Shown here: piece by piece, positions 47,930 through 58,365 of the stretch | Layout: the number at the start of each line of letters is the position of its first letter | Numbering within the stretch: the stretch's first letter is position 1 | NCBI GenBank assembly: GCA_045123255.1 | Contig: JBGVIN010000106.1 | Span: 1 to 60,114 of the forward strand | Reading direction: 5' to 3' | Source of the DNA: Eubacteriales bacterium | Lineage (GTDB): Bacteria > Bacillota > Clostridia > Oscillospirales > CAG-272 | Length of the DNA: 60,114 bases | Made by a program: the position numbers and the translations under genes | Notes under the pieces: model-generated | Database searches by the model: none | Told to the model about the DNA's origin: nothing | What the model saw: only the letters and a program-made list of their open reading frames with translations

Positions 47930-48043
47930 TTTCCATCTCCTTTATAAAGCCCGTTGTCCTTTAGCGTATCGCGTCGCTTTTTTGCACCCTTGGCGTATTT
48001 TTTCAAGCTACAGGCTACGCCATTTAATCTTTAACGCTTGCGT

Positions 48044-48073
48044 AAAAGCCTTCCCGAGGGAAGGCTCTTTTTT
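48044..48073. terminator. Terminator after the DUF1292 gene
   Basis: agccttccc-ga-gggaaggct with flanking A and T tracts. Confidence 0.7.
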
Positions 48074-48124
48074 CTCGTTTTTGTGGGGGAAGTGTCTAAA
48101 TTTGACACATTTCCGCTATTTTTA

Positions 48125-48412
48125 TTATTCATCGTCCTCGTCGAACTCGTCGTCAAGCTCGGCTAAAACCTCGTTAGCAACAAGCTCGTTATCAACGTAC
48201 GTTAAGGAGTCCTGCTCCTCGTCGATAAAGAACACGTATGCCTCGTTTGCATCAAGGCTATCGTCTGCCAAAACCGCGTATGCGCCGTGGTCCGTTTCAA
48301 CAACGGCAATTTGGTTAAGCTTATATGTTTTTCCGTCCTCACCAACAATTTCGATAGGCTCGAAGTTTTCCTCGTCAAAAAGACGGTCAATGTATCTGTC
48401 GTACTTTTTCAT
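48125..48412 (-). CDS. DUF1292-like small acidic protein
   Basis: I.IVGEDG..., YAVL, very acidic, about 95 aa; start re-called at MKKYD. Confidence 0.65.
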   Translation of the reverse strand: MKKYDRYIDRLFDEENFEPIEIVGEDGKTYKLNQIAVVETDHGAYAVLADDSLDANEAYVFFIDEEQDSLTYVDNELVANEVLAELDDEFDEDDE

Positions 48413-48413
48413 A

Positions 48414-49751
48414 TTATTCCTCACTTAAATTTGTTTCCAATGATGAAAATCTCGTATACTGTCCGTACCAAGCCATTTTAACCGTACCAAGACCGCCGTG
48501 ACGGTTCTTTGCCACGATAACGTCAACCTGATTTGCCTTATCGGGGTCCTTTCCGTAGTAGTCACGGGAAAGGAAGATAACCATATCGGCGTCCTGCTCG
48601 ATAGAGCCCGAGTCACGAAGGTCAGAAAGCATTGGTTGTCTTTCCTTTTCCTTTTCAGTTCCACGGGAAAGCTGTGAGCAGGTGATAACAGGCACGTCAA
48701 GCTCCATAGCAAGCTTTTTAAGTCCTCTTGAAATGTCGGCAATTTCGTTTACACGCGAGCCGTCCTTTCTTGACTTCTCACTTTCCATAAGCTGAAGGTA
48801 GTCAATTACAACCAAGCCGAGATTTTTAACACGTCTTAGTTTCGCCTTCATGCCCGTGATTGATACGTCGGTTGTATCATCGATATAAATATTCGTTTCC
48901 GAAAGCTGAGAAACAGCGTTTGCCATGTTGTCCCAGTCACGCGCCTCAAGCTTACCTGTGCGAAGCTTGTGCGATTCAATTGCCGCCTCGGATGAAATAA
49001 TTCTCGAAACGAGCTGCTCGTTTGACATTTCGAGTGAGAAAATACAAACGGCTTTTTTTGATTTTTTTGCAATATTCGTTGCAAGGTTCAAGCAGAATGA
49101 GGTTTTACCTACACCCGGACGTGCGCCAACGATAATTAAGCTACCCTTGCCAAGTCCGACAAGCACGCTGTCAAGGTCGCCAAAGCCTGTTTTAACACCC
49201 GTTGCCTCGTCGCCCTCCGCCTCTTGAAGCTCATTTAGGCGGTTATAGGTTTGGTGAATAACGTCTCTTATATGCACAAAATCTCTTTTTTCGTTCTTTT
49301 GTGCAATCTCAAAAACCCTTTGCTCGGCAAGGTCAACGATGTTTTCTACGTTGTCACCCTCGGAGTATGCATCCTTTTGAATAGCGTCGGACGCCTCGAT
49401 AAGACGTCTTAAAATGCTCTTGTCGTAAACAATCTTTGCGTAATCCTTTGCGTTTGCGCTCGACGGAATAATATCGACAAGAAGCTTGATATAGGAGCGT
49501 GCCGCCGCCTCGTCCTCGTATACACCGTTTGAAACGAGAGCGTTAACGAGAGTTATTACGTCAATGGGCTTCGACTGAAACTTAAAATCATACATTGTGC
49601 CGAAAATCTCTCGGTGGATTTCAAGGTAGAAATCGTCCGCCTTGACAATCTGCGCGATATCGTCAAAGCATTCGGGGTCAATAATAACCGAGCCAAGCAC
49701 GCTTTGCTCCGCATCGAGCGAATACGGCATTTTCTTTTGTAAAATATCCAT
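48414..49751 (-). CDS. dnaB: Replicative DNA helicase
   Basis: PYSLDAEQSVLG, GARPGVGKT, FSLEM, IDYLQL, SQLSR, DLRDSGSIEQDAD, KNRHG. Confidence 0.98.
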   Translation of the reverse strand: MDILQKKMPYSLDAEQSVLGSVIIDPECFDDIAQIVKADDFYLEIHREIFGTMYDFKFQSKPIDVITLVNALVSNGVYEDEAAARSYIKLLVDIIPSSANAKDYAKIVYDKSILRRLIEASDAIQKDAYSEGDNVENIVDLAEQRVFEIAQKNEKRDFVHIRDVIHQTYNRLNELQEAEGDEATGVKTGFGDLDSVLVGLGKGSLIIVGARPGVGKTSFCLNLATNIAKKSKKAVCIFSLEMSNEQLVSRIISSEAAIESHKLRTGKLEARDWDNMANAVSQLSETNIYIDDTTDVSITGMKAKLRRVKNLGLVVIDYLQLMESEKSRKDGSRVNEIADISRGLKKLAMELDVPVITCSQLSRGTEKEKERQPMLSDLRDSGSIEQDADMVIFLSRDYYGKDPDKANQVDVIVAKNRHGGLGTVKMAWYGQYTRFSSLETNLSEE

Positions 49752-50197
49752 TATTTTTCAATTACCATTACGGTAACCTTTCCGGTAATTTCTTGGTAAA
49801 GCTTTGCGTCAATTTTGTAAGTGCCGTATGATTTTATCGGCGCGTCAAGCAAAATTTTTCTCTTATCGATTTCCAAGCCGAATTGGCTCTTTAATGCTTC
49901 GGCAATATCCTTTGCGGTAACCGCGCCGTAAAGACGGCCCTCACTTCCGCCCTCAACCGCGAGCTTTACAATAATGCCCTCAAGCTTTGAGCTAAGCTCC
50001 TTTGCCGCTTCTCTTTCAAGCTCTATTTTATGAGCCTCCGAGCTTTTTTTGTTCTTAATATCATTTATTGCCTTGGCATCGGCAGGGATTGCAAGCTTCT
50101 TTGGGAAAAGAAAGTTTCTTGCATATCCCTCGGAAACCTCAACTATATCGTTTTTCTTGCCTTGTGCCTTAACGTCCTGTAAAAGTACTACCTTCAT
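49751..50197 (-). CDS. rplI: 50S ribosomal protein L9
   Basis: [23 protein letters not shown]. Confidence 0.98.
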   Translation of the reverse strand: MKVVLLQDVKAQGKKNDIVEVSEGYARNFLFPKKLAIPADAKAINDIKNKKSSEAHKIELEREAAKELSSKLEGIIVKLAVEGGSEGRLYGAVTAKDIAEALKSQFGLEIDKRKILLDAPIKSYGTYKIDAKLYQEITGKVTVMVIEK

Positions 50198-50199
50198 AA

Positions 50200-52200
50200 T
50201 TAATCCTGTGGATTGATATAACCATCAATCGCTTCCTTTAGCTTAAATAATGTATCTGCAACGCCCGTGCCCTTAACCTGCGCACCTGCTGCGTCGTAAC
50301 GTCCGCCGCCGTTTAGCTTTTCGAGAATGAGCTGAACGTTCACTGTGCCGTTTGAGCGAGCGGAAATGTGAACCACGTTATCAATTTGCACAAGCACGAA
50401 GGATGCTGAAACGTCCTCAAGCCCAAGCAAATTATCTGCGACCTTAGCCGCCATTATTCTATCGGAATTATCCTTGCCGTTTGGATTTAGAGCAATTGCC
50501 ATACAGTTACGGTAAATCTCAATCTTATCGCCGAAGGATGCTTCCTTTCTGTATTCTTGAATGTTTGATTTGAAAAGATCCTGTACGTTTTCGTACGATG
50601 CGCCGTTATCTCTTAAATACATAGCCGCCGCGTGTGTTTTCGTGCCTGCGCCCTTTGTAAAGTGCTTTGTATCAAGCAAAATACCTGCATAAAGCGCGTT
50701 TGCCTCGGCGGAAATCGGCTGTGAAAGGTGAAGCCCCTGCTCCAAAATCTCGGAAACAATCTCGCTGGCACTTGATGCCGAGGTTTCGATATAGGAAATT
50801 ATCGGCTCCTTTTCGTATTCCGCGGTCTTACGGTGGTGGTCAATAATAATCACGTTATCAACCATTCTCGCAATATCCTTGGACTCAAACATATTGATAT
50901 TGTTAACGTCAACGATGATAAGAAGCGTGTCCGCCTTAACGAGGTCCAGACCCTTCGAGGAGTCAACGAATACGTTTTTATATTCCTCAATTCCATCAAA
51001 ATGCTTGAGCATCTTTTTAACGTTAATGTCCTTAAAGTTTGTAACAATGTTTACCTTAGTGCCGCAGAATTTAACCAAGCGTGCCATGCCGACAGATGCA
51101 CCGAGTGCGTCGTAGTCGGGGAATGCGTGCGCCATAATAATAACGTTTGATGACTTGGCAATTCTCATCGCAAGCTCGTTTGCAACGACACGTGCGCGCA
51201 CCTTAGTTCTCTTTTGAACGGCATTCGTTCTGCCGCCGAAGAATAAAACCTCGTCCTCAAGCTTAACAACCGCCTGGTCGCCGCCACGTTGAAGCGCCAT
51301 ATCAAGTGCAATATGTGCAAGCTTTTCCTTTTCCGCAAGGCTTGCCTCAGCCATTTTAGCAACGCCTATCGAAAGCGTTACAGGCACGCTGCCGCTACCC
51401 AAGCGAATATCTCTGACCTTATCAAGAATTGAAAAGTTGTCGCTAATAAACTTGTCAAGGTCCTCCATATTAAAAATGGCAACGTATTTGTCCTTTTCGT
51501 ACTCCTTAATAATGCCGTTTACGGATTCAACAGAGGAGCGCACGATTTTTTCAACCTTAGCCGCGGTCTCGCGGTATTGCTCCTGCTCGAACTGAAAGAG
51601 TGCGTCAAGATTGTCAACAACAATGTATGCAACAATCTTTTCCTTGTCGCGCTGAAGCTTTTCAAGCTCTGCCTGCTTTGTTATATTTGATAAATAAAGA
51701 AGATAGTATTTCTCGCTTGGAGTGTCTATTTTCGTTTCCTCAACCAAATAAGCTTCGCCGTTTAATTCAACGCGGATTTCCTTTTGCTTTTTGCCGCTAT
51801 GCTGTGTAAAATCATACGGAAAAATCGTGTTAATATTTGCACCCAGTGTCTTTTTTGCACCGATTTGGCTTGCGCTAAAGCGGTTAACCCATACGATTTT
51901 GTGATTTTCGTCACAGATAAACGCAGGCTCGTTTGCGTAATTTACCTTATCGTACATTACGTTACCAAGCACAGGACCCTTCTTTGCACCGTCGTGTGTC
52001 CTTTTTTTACCTGTTACCGAGGTGATAACACCAAAAATTATTGCAAACGATACGTAGAGGGAAACGCACGCGGTTATAATAGGAAGCTCGTATCCGCCAA
52101 GCCTTGAAACAAGCACGCCTGCAAGCACGATATCGGCAAGTGCAAGAAGGGGAAGCAGAACAAACATAGCTATTCCTCTAAATACATTTCTTTTTTTCAT
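50200..52200 (-). CDS. gdpP: c-di-AMP phosphodiesterase GdpP/YybT
   Basis: Two N-terminal TM, PAS-like region, degenerate GGDEF (RGGDQA), H..PDYD, IDHH, GGG DHHA1; upstream of rplI. Confidence 0.92.
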   Translation of the reverse strand: MKKRNVFRGIAMFVLLPLLALADIVLAGVLVSRLGGYELPIITACVSLYVSFAIIFGVITSVTGKKRTHDGAKKGPVLGNVMYDKVNYANEPAFICDENHKIVWVNRFSASQIGAKKTLGANINTIFPYDFTQHSGKKQKEIRVELNGEAYLVEETKIDTPSEKYYLLYLSNITKQAELEKLQRDKEKIVAYIVVDNLDALFQFEQEQYRETAAKVEKIVRSSVESVNGIIKEYEKDKYVAIFNMEDLDKFISDNFSILDKVRDIRLGSGSVPVTLSIGVAKMAEASLAEKEKLAHIALDMALQRGGDQAVVKLEDEVLFFGGRTNAVQKRTKVRARVVANELAMRIAKSSNVIIMAHAFPDYDALGASVGMARLVKFCGTKVNIVTNFKDINVKKMLKHFDGIEEYKNVFVDSSKGLDLVKADTLLIIVDVNNINMFESKDIARMVDNVIIIDHHRKTAEYEKEPIISYIETSASSASEIVSEILEQGLHLSQPISAEANALYAGILLDTKHFTKGAGTKTHAAAMYLRDNGASYENVQDLFKSNIQEYRKEASFGDKIEIYRNCMAIALNPNGKDNSDRIMAAKVADNLLGLEDVSASFVLVQIDNVVHISARSNGTVNVQLILEKLNGGGRYDAAGAQVKGTGVADTLFKLKEAIDGYINPQD

Positions 52201-52370
52201 AAAAATTCCTCCTCAAAAGAGTTTTATGTAAGGAAGCGTGAAAGCGCTCCGTTTTCCGTCAATCATAAACAAATAAAGCACGCGCATATAGGTGTGCGTT
52301 TAGATGTATAGTATATTATAACAGAAATTTCTATTTTTGTAAAGTATTTTATTATAATATTGTTTTTTAC

Positions 52371-52399
52371 TTGCAAGCGCGCGAATTTTGTGATATACT
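52371..52399 (+). promoter_or_regulatory. Sigma-A promoter of pth-mfd
   Basis: TTGCAA-17 bp-TATACT with extended TG. Confidence 0.6.
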
Positions 52400-52413
52400 T
52401 TATAAAAATGCAC

Positions 52414-52660
52414 GAGGCTGTCGCATTAGCGACGCCTCTTTTTAGGGGATAGTGAAATGAGTGCAGAAGGCGTGAACTCGTACACGTCGGCGTACTTAGT
52501 ACGGTAGAGTGCGAGGTCGCGTCTAAAAAACAGACACAAAAATGAAGAGAACTTGCATTTTTTGCAAGTTCTCAACAATATACCGCTTTGAAATCAATAT
52601 ATATTATGGTTTTAGACGAGAATGTGTCTGTTTTTGTTCTGTGCTTATTGCAACAGCCCC
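52414..52660. mobile_element. MITE-like / structured non-coding element
   Basis: Imperfect terminal inverted repeats gaggctgtcgcattagc ... gcttattgcaacagcccc, with nested internal inverted repeats. Confidence 0.5.
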
Positions 52661-52708
52661 TTTTGCGCGTTACAAGCAATTTAGCTATTAAAATTTCAAG
52701 GAGATACT

Positions 52709-53341
52709 ATGGCAAGCATATTTGACCTTTTTAAGAAAATTGAAAAAAGCGAGAGCCAAGCACCGATAACGAAAATTATCGTCGGACTCGGTAATCCCGG
52801 TGAAAAATATACCTATACAAGACATAACGCAGGCTTTTTGGCTATCGACTATATTACTCAAAAATACGGCGTCAAGTGTGACAGAATTAAGTTCAAGTCA
52901 CTTTGCGGCGAGGTAACCATTGGCGGTGTGCGCGCGCTTATTATGAAGCCGCAAACCTTTATGAACCTATCGGGTGATGCTGTGCGTGAGGCATCAGAGT
53001 TTTACAAAATCGCGCCCGAGAACATAATTGTTATCTCGGACGATGCTTCGTTTGACGTTGGCAAGCTCAGAATAAGAAAAAGCGGAAGCGCGGGCGGCCA
53101 CAACGGCTTAAAAAACATTATCGAGCGCTTATCAAGCGATAAGTTTCCAAGAATCAAGCTTGGTGTCGGACAAAAGCCACACCCCGACTACGATATTGCA
53201 GATTGGGTGCTTGCGCGCTTGCCAAAGGAGGAGGAGCCTAAATTTTTCTCGGTGCTTGAGGAAGTGCCAAGCATACTTACGCTCATGCTTAAGGGCGAGA
53301 TAGATAAGGCCATGTGTGATTTTAACGGTATCTCGAAATAA
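52709..53341 (+). CDS. pth: Peptidyl-tRNA hydrolase
   Basis: VGLGNPG, TRHNAGF, KPQTFMNLSG, SAGGHNGLK. Confidence 0.97.
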   Translation: MASIFDLFKKIEKSESQAPITKIIVGLGNPGEKYTYTRHNAGFLAIDYITQKYGVKCDRIKFKSLCGEVTIGGVRALIMKPQTFMNLSGDAVREASEFYKIAPENIIVISDDASFDVGKLRIRKSGSAGGHNGLKNIIERLSSDKFPRIKLGVGQKPHPDYDIADWVLARLPKEEEPKFFSVLEEVPSILTLMLKGEIDKAMCDFNGISK

Positions 53342-53350
53342 GAGGTCTAT

Positions 53351-56300
53351 ATGGAAAACAATATAATTAACGGCGCAATACGGTATAGCTCTCAGTACCA
53401 AAAGCTTATCAAACGCTTTGACGAGCTTTTTGCCAAGGGAGAAAATCTGCCACTGCTTGTTGACGGTGTAAGTGACGGCGCGATATATTCGCTTCTATTC
53501 TCACTTACCGAGGATATTAAGAAAAGGACGAAATCTCCGCTTCTTATTTTAACAGGTGAGGAGCGCCGTGCGAACAAGCTGAACGAATATCTTAAAAAAA
53601 GCGGAATAAAAAGCGAATTTTATCCCGTACGCGATTTTAACTTTTATGATATTACCGCCTCTCACGACGTCGAGCATGAGAGGCTACGCGTGCTTTGCGG
53701 CATAATAACAAACGAAATAGATGCAGTAATTACCACCCCCGACGCGCTCACACAGTACACAGTACCGAAAAGTGTGCTTGAAAGCGAAATATTATCTATA
53801 AAAACTGACACTTCCCTTGACATTTCAGATTTTTGCGCTAAGCTTTTTAATATGGGCTACACAATAACCGACGCGGTGGAGGGCCCTGGTCAATACGCTG
53901 TACGTGGCGGAATAATAGACGTTTTCCCGACCAAGTGTGAGTATTTTGCAGACAAAAAGGCAATAGATGCACAAAAGCCGATAAGAATTGAGCTTTTCGG
54001 TGATGAAATTGACAGAATGGCAACGTTTGATATTGAAACGCAGAGAATGGACGAAAAAATCACCTCGTTCAAAATCACTCCGTCAAGAGAAATTGTTGCA
54101 AACGGTGAGCAGCTCAAAAAAATTGAGAGTGAAATTGAAGCACTTCTCGACCTTGCAACGGGGGAAGAGTCAATTAAACGATTAAACAGTGAGCTTTTAG
54201 CTATAAGACAGGGTGGCTATTCCCATTCCTTCTTTGACAAATATATCTCTTTGATTTATCCGCAAAAAAACTCACTTATTAACTATTTTAGCGACACCTC
54301 CTCGCTCATAATCTGTGACACCAACGGCGTTAAGGCAAAGGCGAAGGACGCACAAGCATATGAAAACGAAATTGTAAAGGGACTGCTTGAAAGCTCACTG
54401 CTCCCCTCAAAATACGCAGATTTTCGCGCCCCTGTGTCAATAATTGACAATTTTTCAAAATCTCATCAAACGATAAATATCGACACTTATATAATGTCGC
54501 GCTTCGATAAGGAGGGTGGGCTGTACCATTTTAACACAAAGGGCACGTCATTTGCAAACCACTCCGTCAGTGTTATACGCGACGACCTTGAATATTTCAC
54601 GAAAAACGGCTATAAAACAATTCTCGTTTGCGGCGGAGAGCAAGAGGCTAAGGGTACGATAAAATCCCTTCTCTCACTTGATATTCCCGCACGTGCATTA
54701 CTAAAAAAGGACAACTCCATAGAAAGCTTACCCGAAGGCGTTGTTTCAGTAATTAGCGACACCTTCCCTGAGGGATTTGAAATTCCCGAGGCTAAGCTAT
54801 CAGTAGTCGTACTTTCATCAAAGCAAACAAAGGAAAAGAAAAAGTCGTTCAAAAACAAGATTTTTGAAAAGAACGCAGGTGAGAAAATCCTCTCCTCCGC
54901 TGACTTGAACGTCGGTGACTACGTTGTTCACGTTAGCTACGGTATCGGTAGATATCTCGGTATACAGAACCTTCTTGTTATGGGTGCATACCGCGACTAT
55001 ATAACAATTCAGTACGCAGGCACGGATAAGCTTTATTTACCCGTTGACCAGCTTGATATGGTTGCAAAATATATCGGTGCCGGCTCGCTCGACGGTGACG
55101 TCAAGCTTTCAAAAATGGGTGGGGCTGAATGGAAAAAATCCACACAGCGTGCAAAATCCTCTGCAAAGGATATGGCAAAGGAGCTAATCGACCTTTACGC
55201 ACGCCGCCAAAGAATAGAGGGACACGCATTTTCGGGCGACTCACTCATTGAGGACGAGTTTGCCGCATCCTTTGAGCATGAGGAAACACAGTCACAAGCA
55301 TTTGCTATAAACGAAATTCTTAACGATATGCAAAAGCCGTACCCTATGGACAGAGTGCTTTGCGGTGACGTTGGCTACGGCAAAACCGAGGTTGCGTTCC
55401 GCGCCGCTATGAAGGCGGTTGCTGACAACAAGCAGGTTGCTATTTTAGTACCAACCACAATCTTGGCAATGCAGCATTACCAAACCGCGGTATCAAGATT
55501 TGCCGGCACGGGTGTCAATATTGGAATGATTTCAAGGTTCAGAACCGCAAAGGAGCAAAGCGCAACGCTCCGCTCACTAAAACGCGGTGACCTTGATATT
55601 ATCATAGGAACACACAAGCTTCTTTCCAAAAGCATTGAGTTTAAGGACCTCGGTCTTTTAATAATCGACGAGGAGCAGCGCTTTGGTGTTGCTCAAAAGG
55701 AAAAAATCAAAAACGCCTGGCCCTGTGTCGACGTTTTGACTCTTTCTGCCACTCCTATTCCGCGTACGCTTAGTATGGCAATGGGCGGAATTCGCGACCT
55801 ATCAATACTTGAGGAAGCGCCCGAGGGCAGAGTTGGCGTTCAATCCTACGTGCTTGAGCATGACGTAAATTTATTAAACGATGCAATAAAGCGAGAGCTT
55901 CACCGTGGGGGACAGGTTTTCTATCTGCAAAACGACACAAGCAAAATTTACCACACCGCAAGCGCACTTCAAGCCGCCTTTCCCGACGCGCGTATAGCCG
56001 TCGGTCACGGTCAAATGGACAGGGAGCAGCTTGAGAAAATTTGGCAAGAGTTGGTGCTTGGCGAGATTGATATTTTAGTCAGCACAACTATTATAGAAAC
56101 GGGAATAGATATTCCCAACGCTAACACCTTGATAATAGAAAACGCAGACAGAATGGGACTTTCTCAGCTTCACCAAATCAGAGGCCGTGTTGGCAGAAGC
56201 CACCGCCGCGCCTATGCGTTTTTCACATACCGTCGCGGTAAGGAAATTTCAGAAATTGCCGCTAAAAGGCTAAACGCAATTCGTGATTTTTGTGAATTTG

Positions 56301-56917
56301 GCGCAGGCTTCAAGATTGCTATGCGCGACCTTGAAATAAGAGGTGCGGGTAATTTACTTGGAAGCGAGCAGCACGGACACCTTGACGCCGTCGGATACGA
56401 TTTATATATTCGTCTGCTTAATGAAGCGGTGCTTGAGGAAAAGGGCATTTACAAGGAAGAAAAATACGAAACTAAGATTACTACGGTTAGCGACGCATTC
56501 ATCCCTCAAAGGTATATTCCGTCAGCTTCACAAAGAGTGGAAATTTACAAAAAAATCGCACATATCGCGACATGCGAGGATAAAGGTGACGTAGAGTGTG
56601 AATTAATTGACCGTTTCGGTAAAATTCCGAACGAAACGAAAACCCTTCTTTCGATAGCTATTATAAAATCATACGCCGCTCGTGCGAGGATGAAAAAGGT
56701 TGAGCATTTAAAGGGTGAAATTCGTTTTTATCCGGAAATCGCACACTTACCCCTTCTTGTTGAAATTTCAAGATATGACCGCGAAAGCGTTTCAGTCTCA
56801 GGTGTAGGTCGCGTGCCTTATATTTCGGTTAAGCTTGCACAAGGCGAGGAAATACACACAAAAGCGATAAAAATGCTCGAATTTTATCTTGATAAATCAA
56901 GCGAGCTAATAAAATAA
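53351..56917 (+). CDS. mfd: Transcription-repair coupling factor
   Basis: RGGIIDVFP, GDYVVH..GIG, GDVGYGKTEV, DEEQRFG, QIRGRVGR, RDLEIRGAGN. Confidence 0.97.
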   Translation: MENNIINGAIRYSSQYQKLIKRFDELFAKGENLPLLVDGVSDGAIYSLLFSLTEDIKKRTKSPLLILTGEERRANKLNEYLKKSGIKSEFYPVRDFNFYDITASHDVEHERLRVLCGIITNEIDAVITTPDALTQYTVPKSVLESEILSIKTDTSLDISDFCAKLFNMGYTITDAVEGPGQYAVRGGIIDVFPTKCEYFADKKAIDAQKPIRIELFGDEIDRMATFDIETQRMDEKITSFKITPSREIVANGEQLKKIESEIEALLDLATGEESIKRLNSELLAIRQGGYSHSFFDKYISLIYPQKNSLINYFSDTSSLIICDTNGVKAKAKDAQAYENEIVKGLLESSLLPSKYADFRAPVSIIDNFSKSHQTINIDTYIMSRFDKEGGLYHFNTKGTSFANHSVSVIRDDLEYFTKNGYKTILVCGGEQEAKGTIKSLLSLDIPARALLKKDNSIESLPEGVVSVISDTFPEGFEIPEAKLSVVVLSSKQTKEKKKSFKNKIFEKNAGEKILSSADLNVGDYVVHVSYGIGRYLGIQNLLVMGAYRDYITIQYAGTDKLYLPVDQLDMVAKYIGAGSLDGDVKLSKMGGAEWKKSTQRAKSSAKDMAKELIDLYARRQRIEGHAFSGDSLIEDEFAASFEHEETQSQAFAINEILNDMQKPYPMDRVLCGDVGYGKTEVAFRAAMKAVADNKQVAILVPTTILAMQHYQTAVSRFAGTGVNIGMISRFRTAKEQSATLRSLKRGDLDIIIGTHKLLSKSIEFKDLGLLIIDEEQRFGVAQKEKIKNAWPCVDVLTLSATPIPRTLSMAMGGIRDLSILEEAPEGRVGVQSYVLEHDVNLLNDAIKRELHRGGQVFYLQNDTSKIYHTASALQAAFPDARIAVGHGQMDREQLEKIWQELVLGEIDILVSTTIIETGIDIPNANTLIIENADRMGLSQLHQIRGRVGRSHRRAYAFFTYRRGKEISEIAAKRLNAIRDFCEFGAGFKIAMRDLEIRGAGNLLGSEQHGHLDAVGYDLYIRLLNEAVLEEKGIYKEEKYETKITTVSDAFIPQRYIPSASQRVEIYKKIAHIATCEDKGDVECELIDRFGKIPNETKTLLSIAIIKSYAARARMKKVEHLKGEIRFYPEIAHLPLLVEISRYDRESVSVSGVGRVPYISVKLAQGEEIHTKAIKMLEFYLDKSSELIK

Positions 56918-57024
56918 GCTACATTTTTGCAAAAAGCTGAAAAACTCACACTTTCCCCGCCATTTTAATAAAAAAACAATACAGTCAATTATTTTTGACG
57001 CAAATAAACAAAAGGAGATTTACT

Positions 57025-58266
57025 TTGAAAAAAACAATTTGCCGCACCCTGTGTCTTTTATTCTTAGTAATTTTGATAATCCCATCTTTAACCGCCTGCA
57101 AAAATAAAAACGTTATGTACGAGCTTGGAGATTATCAAATAACAGAAAAGGAATACAATTATTTAATGGGAATGTTCAAAAAGAAGGTGCTTGTTCAATT
57201 TGACTCTTCCCTCACCGATGATAGCTTGGATTTGGAAATTTCCCCAGGTGTTAAGCTTGGTACGTATCTTGAAGCGAGATACCGCGAGGGCTTTGAGCAA
57301 ACCTTGATTTCTCTTTTATACTCACAGTCCCTGTTTGATGAGCTTGGTCTTTCGCTAACAGACGAGGAAAAGAGCCATATAAACGCCACAGCAACCGCCG
57401 TAGTTGCATATTACGGCAACTATAGCCTGAAGGAGTTCAATAAAATCGCCAAGCAATACGGCTTTGACGACAAGGCAATGCGCTCCGTTTACGAAATGCA
57501 ATATAAGGAAAACAAGCTTCGCGAGCATTTGCTTGGCAAAAACGATTCCAATATTCAGGAAAGCGACAGAGAATCTTATTACAGATACGCATATCTTCGC
57601 TACCAAACCTTGATAGTCAATACACTTTATAAGCTACACACAGATTCAAACGGTGAGGTTAAGTTCCTTTTGCTTGACGAATACGAAAAGGCAGAAAAGG
57701 AGCGTCTTGTATTAGAGCTTCGCGAGCTTCTTGTTAATAAAAATATGGATTTCGACTATATTTTATTAAAGGAAGACAAGAACCTATCCTATATGGAGCT
57801 TTGGGAAAAATATTCAGACGATAAATTTTACCCAAGCGGTCTTTATGAAAGCGCAAACCCCGATGCCGAGCAGCTTAATAACTCCAACGTTCTCTCCGCC
57901 GCTTACCAAAGCAAGCCAGGCGAGGTGAAGGTTGTTACCGCAAAGCGTTATTTCGAGGGGGACTCCTCACTTGAAGGCGAGGACGTGACCATAAAGCCGG
58001 GCGACTATTTTGAATACGGCTCTATTTTCGTACAACGCCTTGAGCTTGATAGCGGCGCGTATGACAGACGCGAAAGCGAAATTTTCTTCGGAGAGTCATT
58101 TGAAGCAGGCGTTGCAAATCACGCGTATTTCAAACATCTTGAAAAGCATCAAAACTCGCTCCCATACGAGGTAATGGTTTCTTCAAGAGTAAACAATTAT
58201 ACCTTTGCATCAGTTAAAGCAAACGAGCTTGACTACTACTATTTTTCAAGCTCTGACGAAAAATAA
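57025..58266 (+). CDS. Putative lipoprotein (possible PrsA/SurA-like foldase)
   Basis: TTG start 7 nt after aaggag, lipobox LTAC; the position after mfd is where PrsA-like genes often sit; no PPIase motif seen. Confidence 0.6.
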   Translation: MKKTICRTLCLLFLVILIIPSLTACKNKNVMYELGDYQITEKEYNYLMGMFKKKVLVQFDSSLTDDSLDLEISPGVKLGTYLEARYREGFEQTLISLLYSQSLFDELGLSLTDEEKSHINATATAVVAYYGNYSLKEFNKIAKQYGFDDKAMRSVYEMQYKENKLREHLLGKNDSNIQESDRESYYRYAYLRYQTLIVNTLYKLHTDSNGEVKFLLLDEYEKAEKERLVLELRELLVNKNMDFDYILLKEDKNLSYMELWEKYSDDKFYPSGLYESANPDAEQLNNSNVLSAAYQSKPGEVKVVTAKRYFEGDSSLEGEDVTIKPGDYFEYGSIFVQRLELDSGAYDRRESEIFFGESFEAGVANHAYFKHLEKHQNSLPYEVMVSSRVNNYTFASVKANELDYYYFSSSDEK

Positions 58267-58277
58267 AAAAATATGAT

Positions 58278-58313
58278 AAAAGAGCGATGGACAAAACCCA
58301 TCGCTCTTTTTTT
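58278..58313. terminator. Bidirectional terminator
   Basis: aaaagagcgatgg / ccatcgctctttt. Confidence 0.85.
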
Positions 58314-58365
58314 ATGAATTAAAAACTCACACCTGTGCGCCTTTTTCGGCACCCTGTGTCGATTA

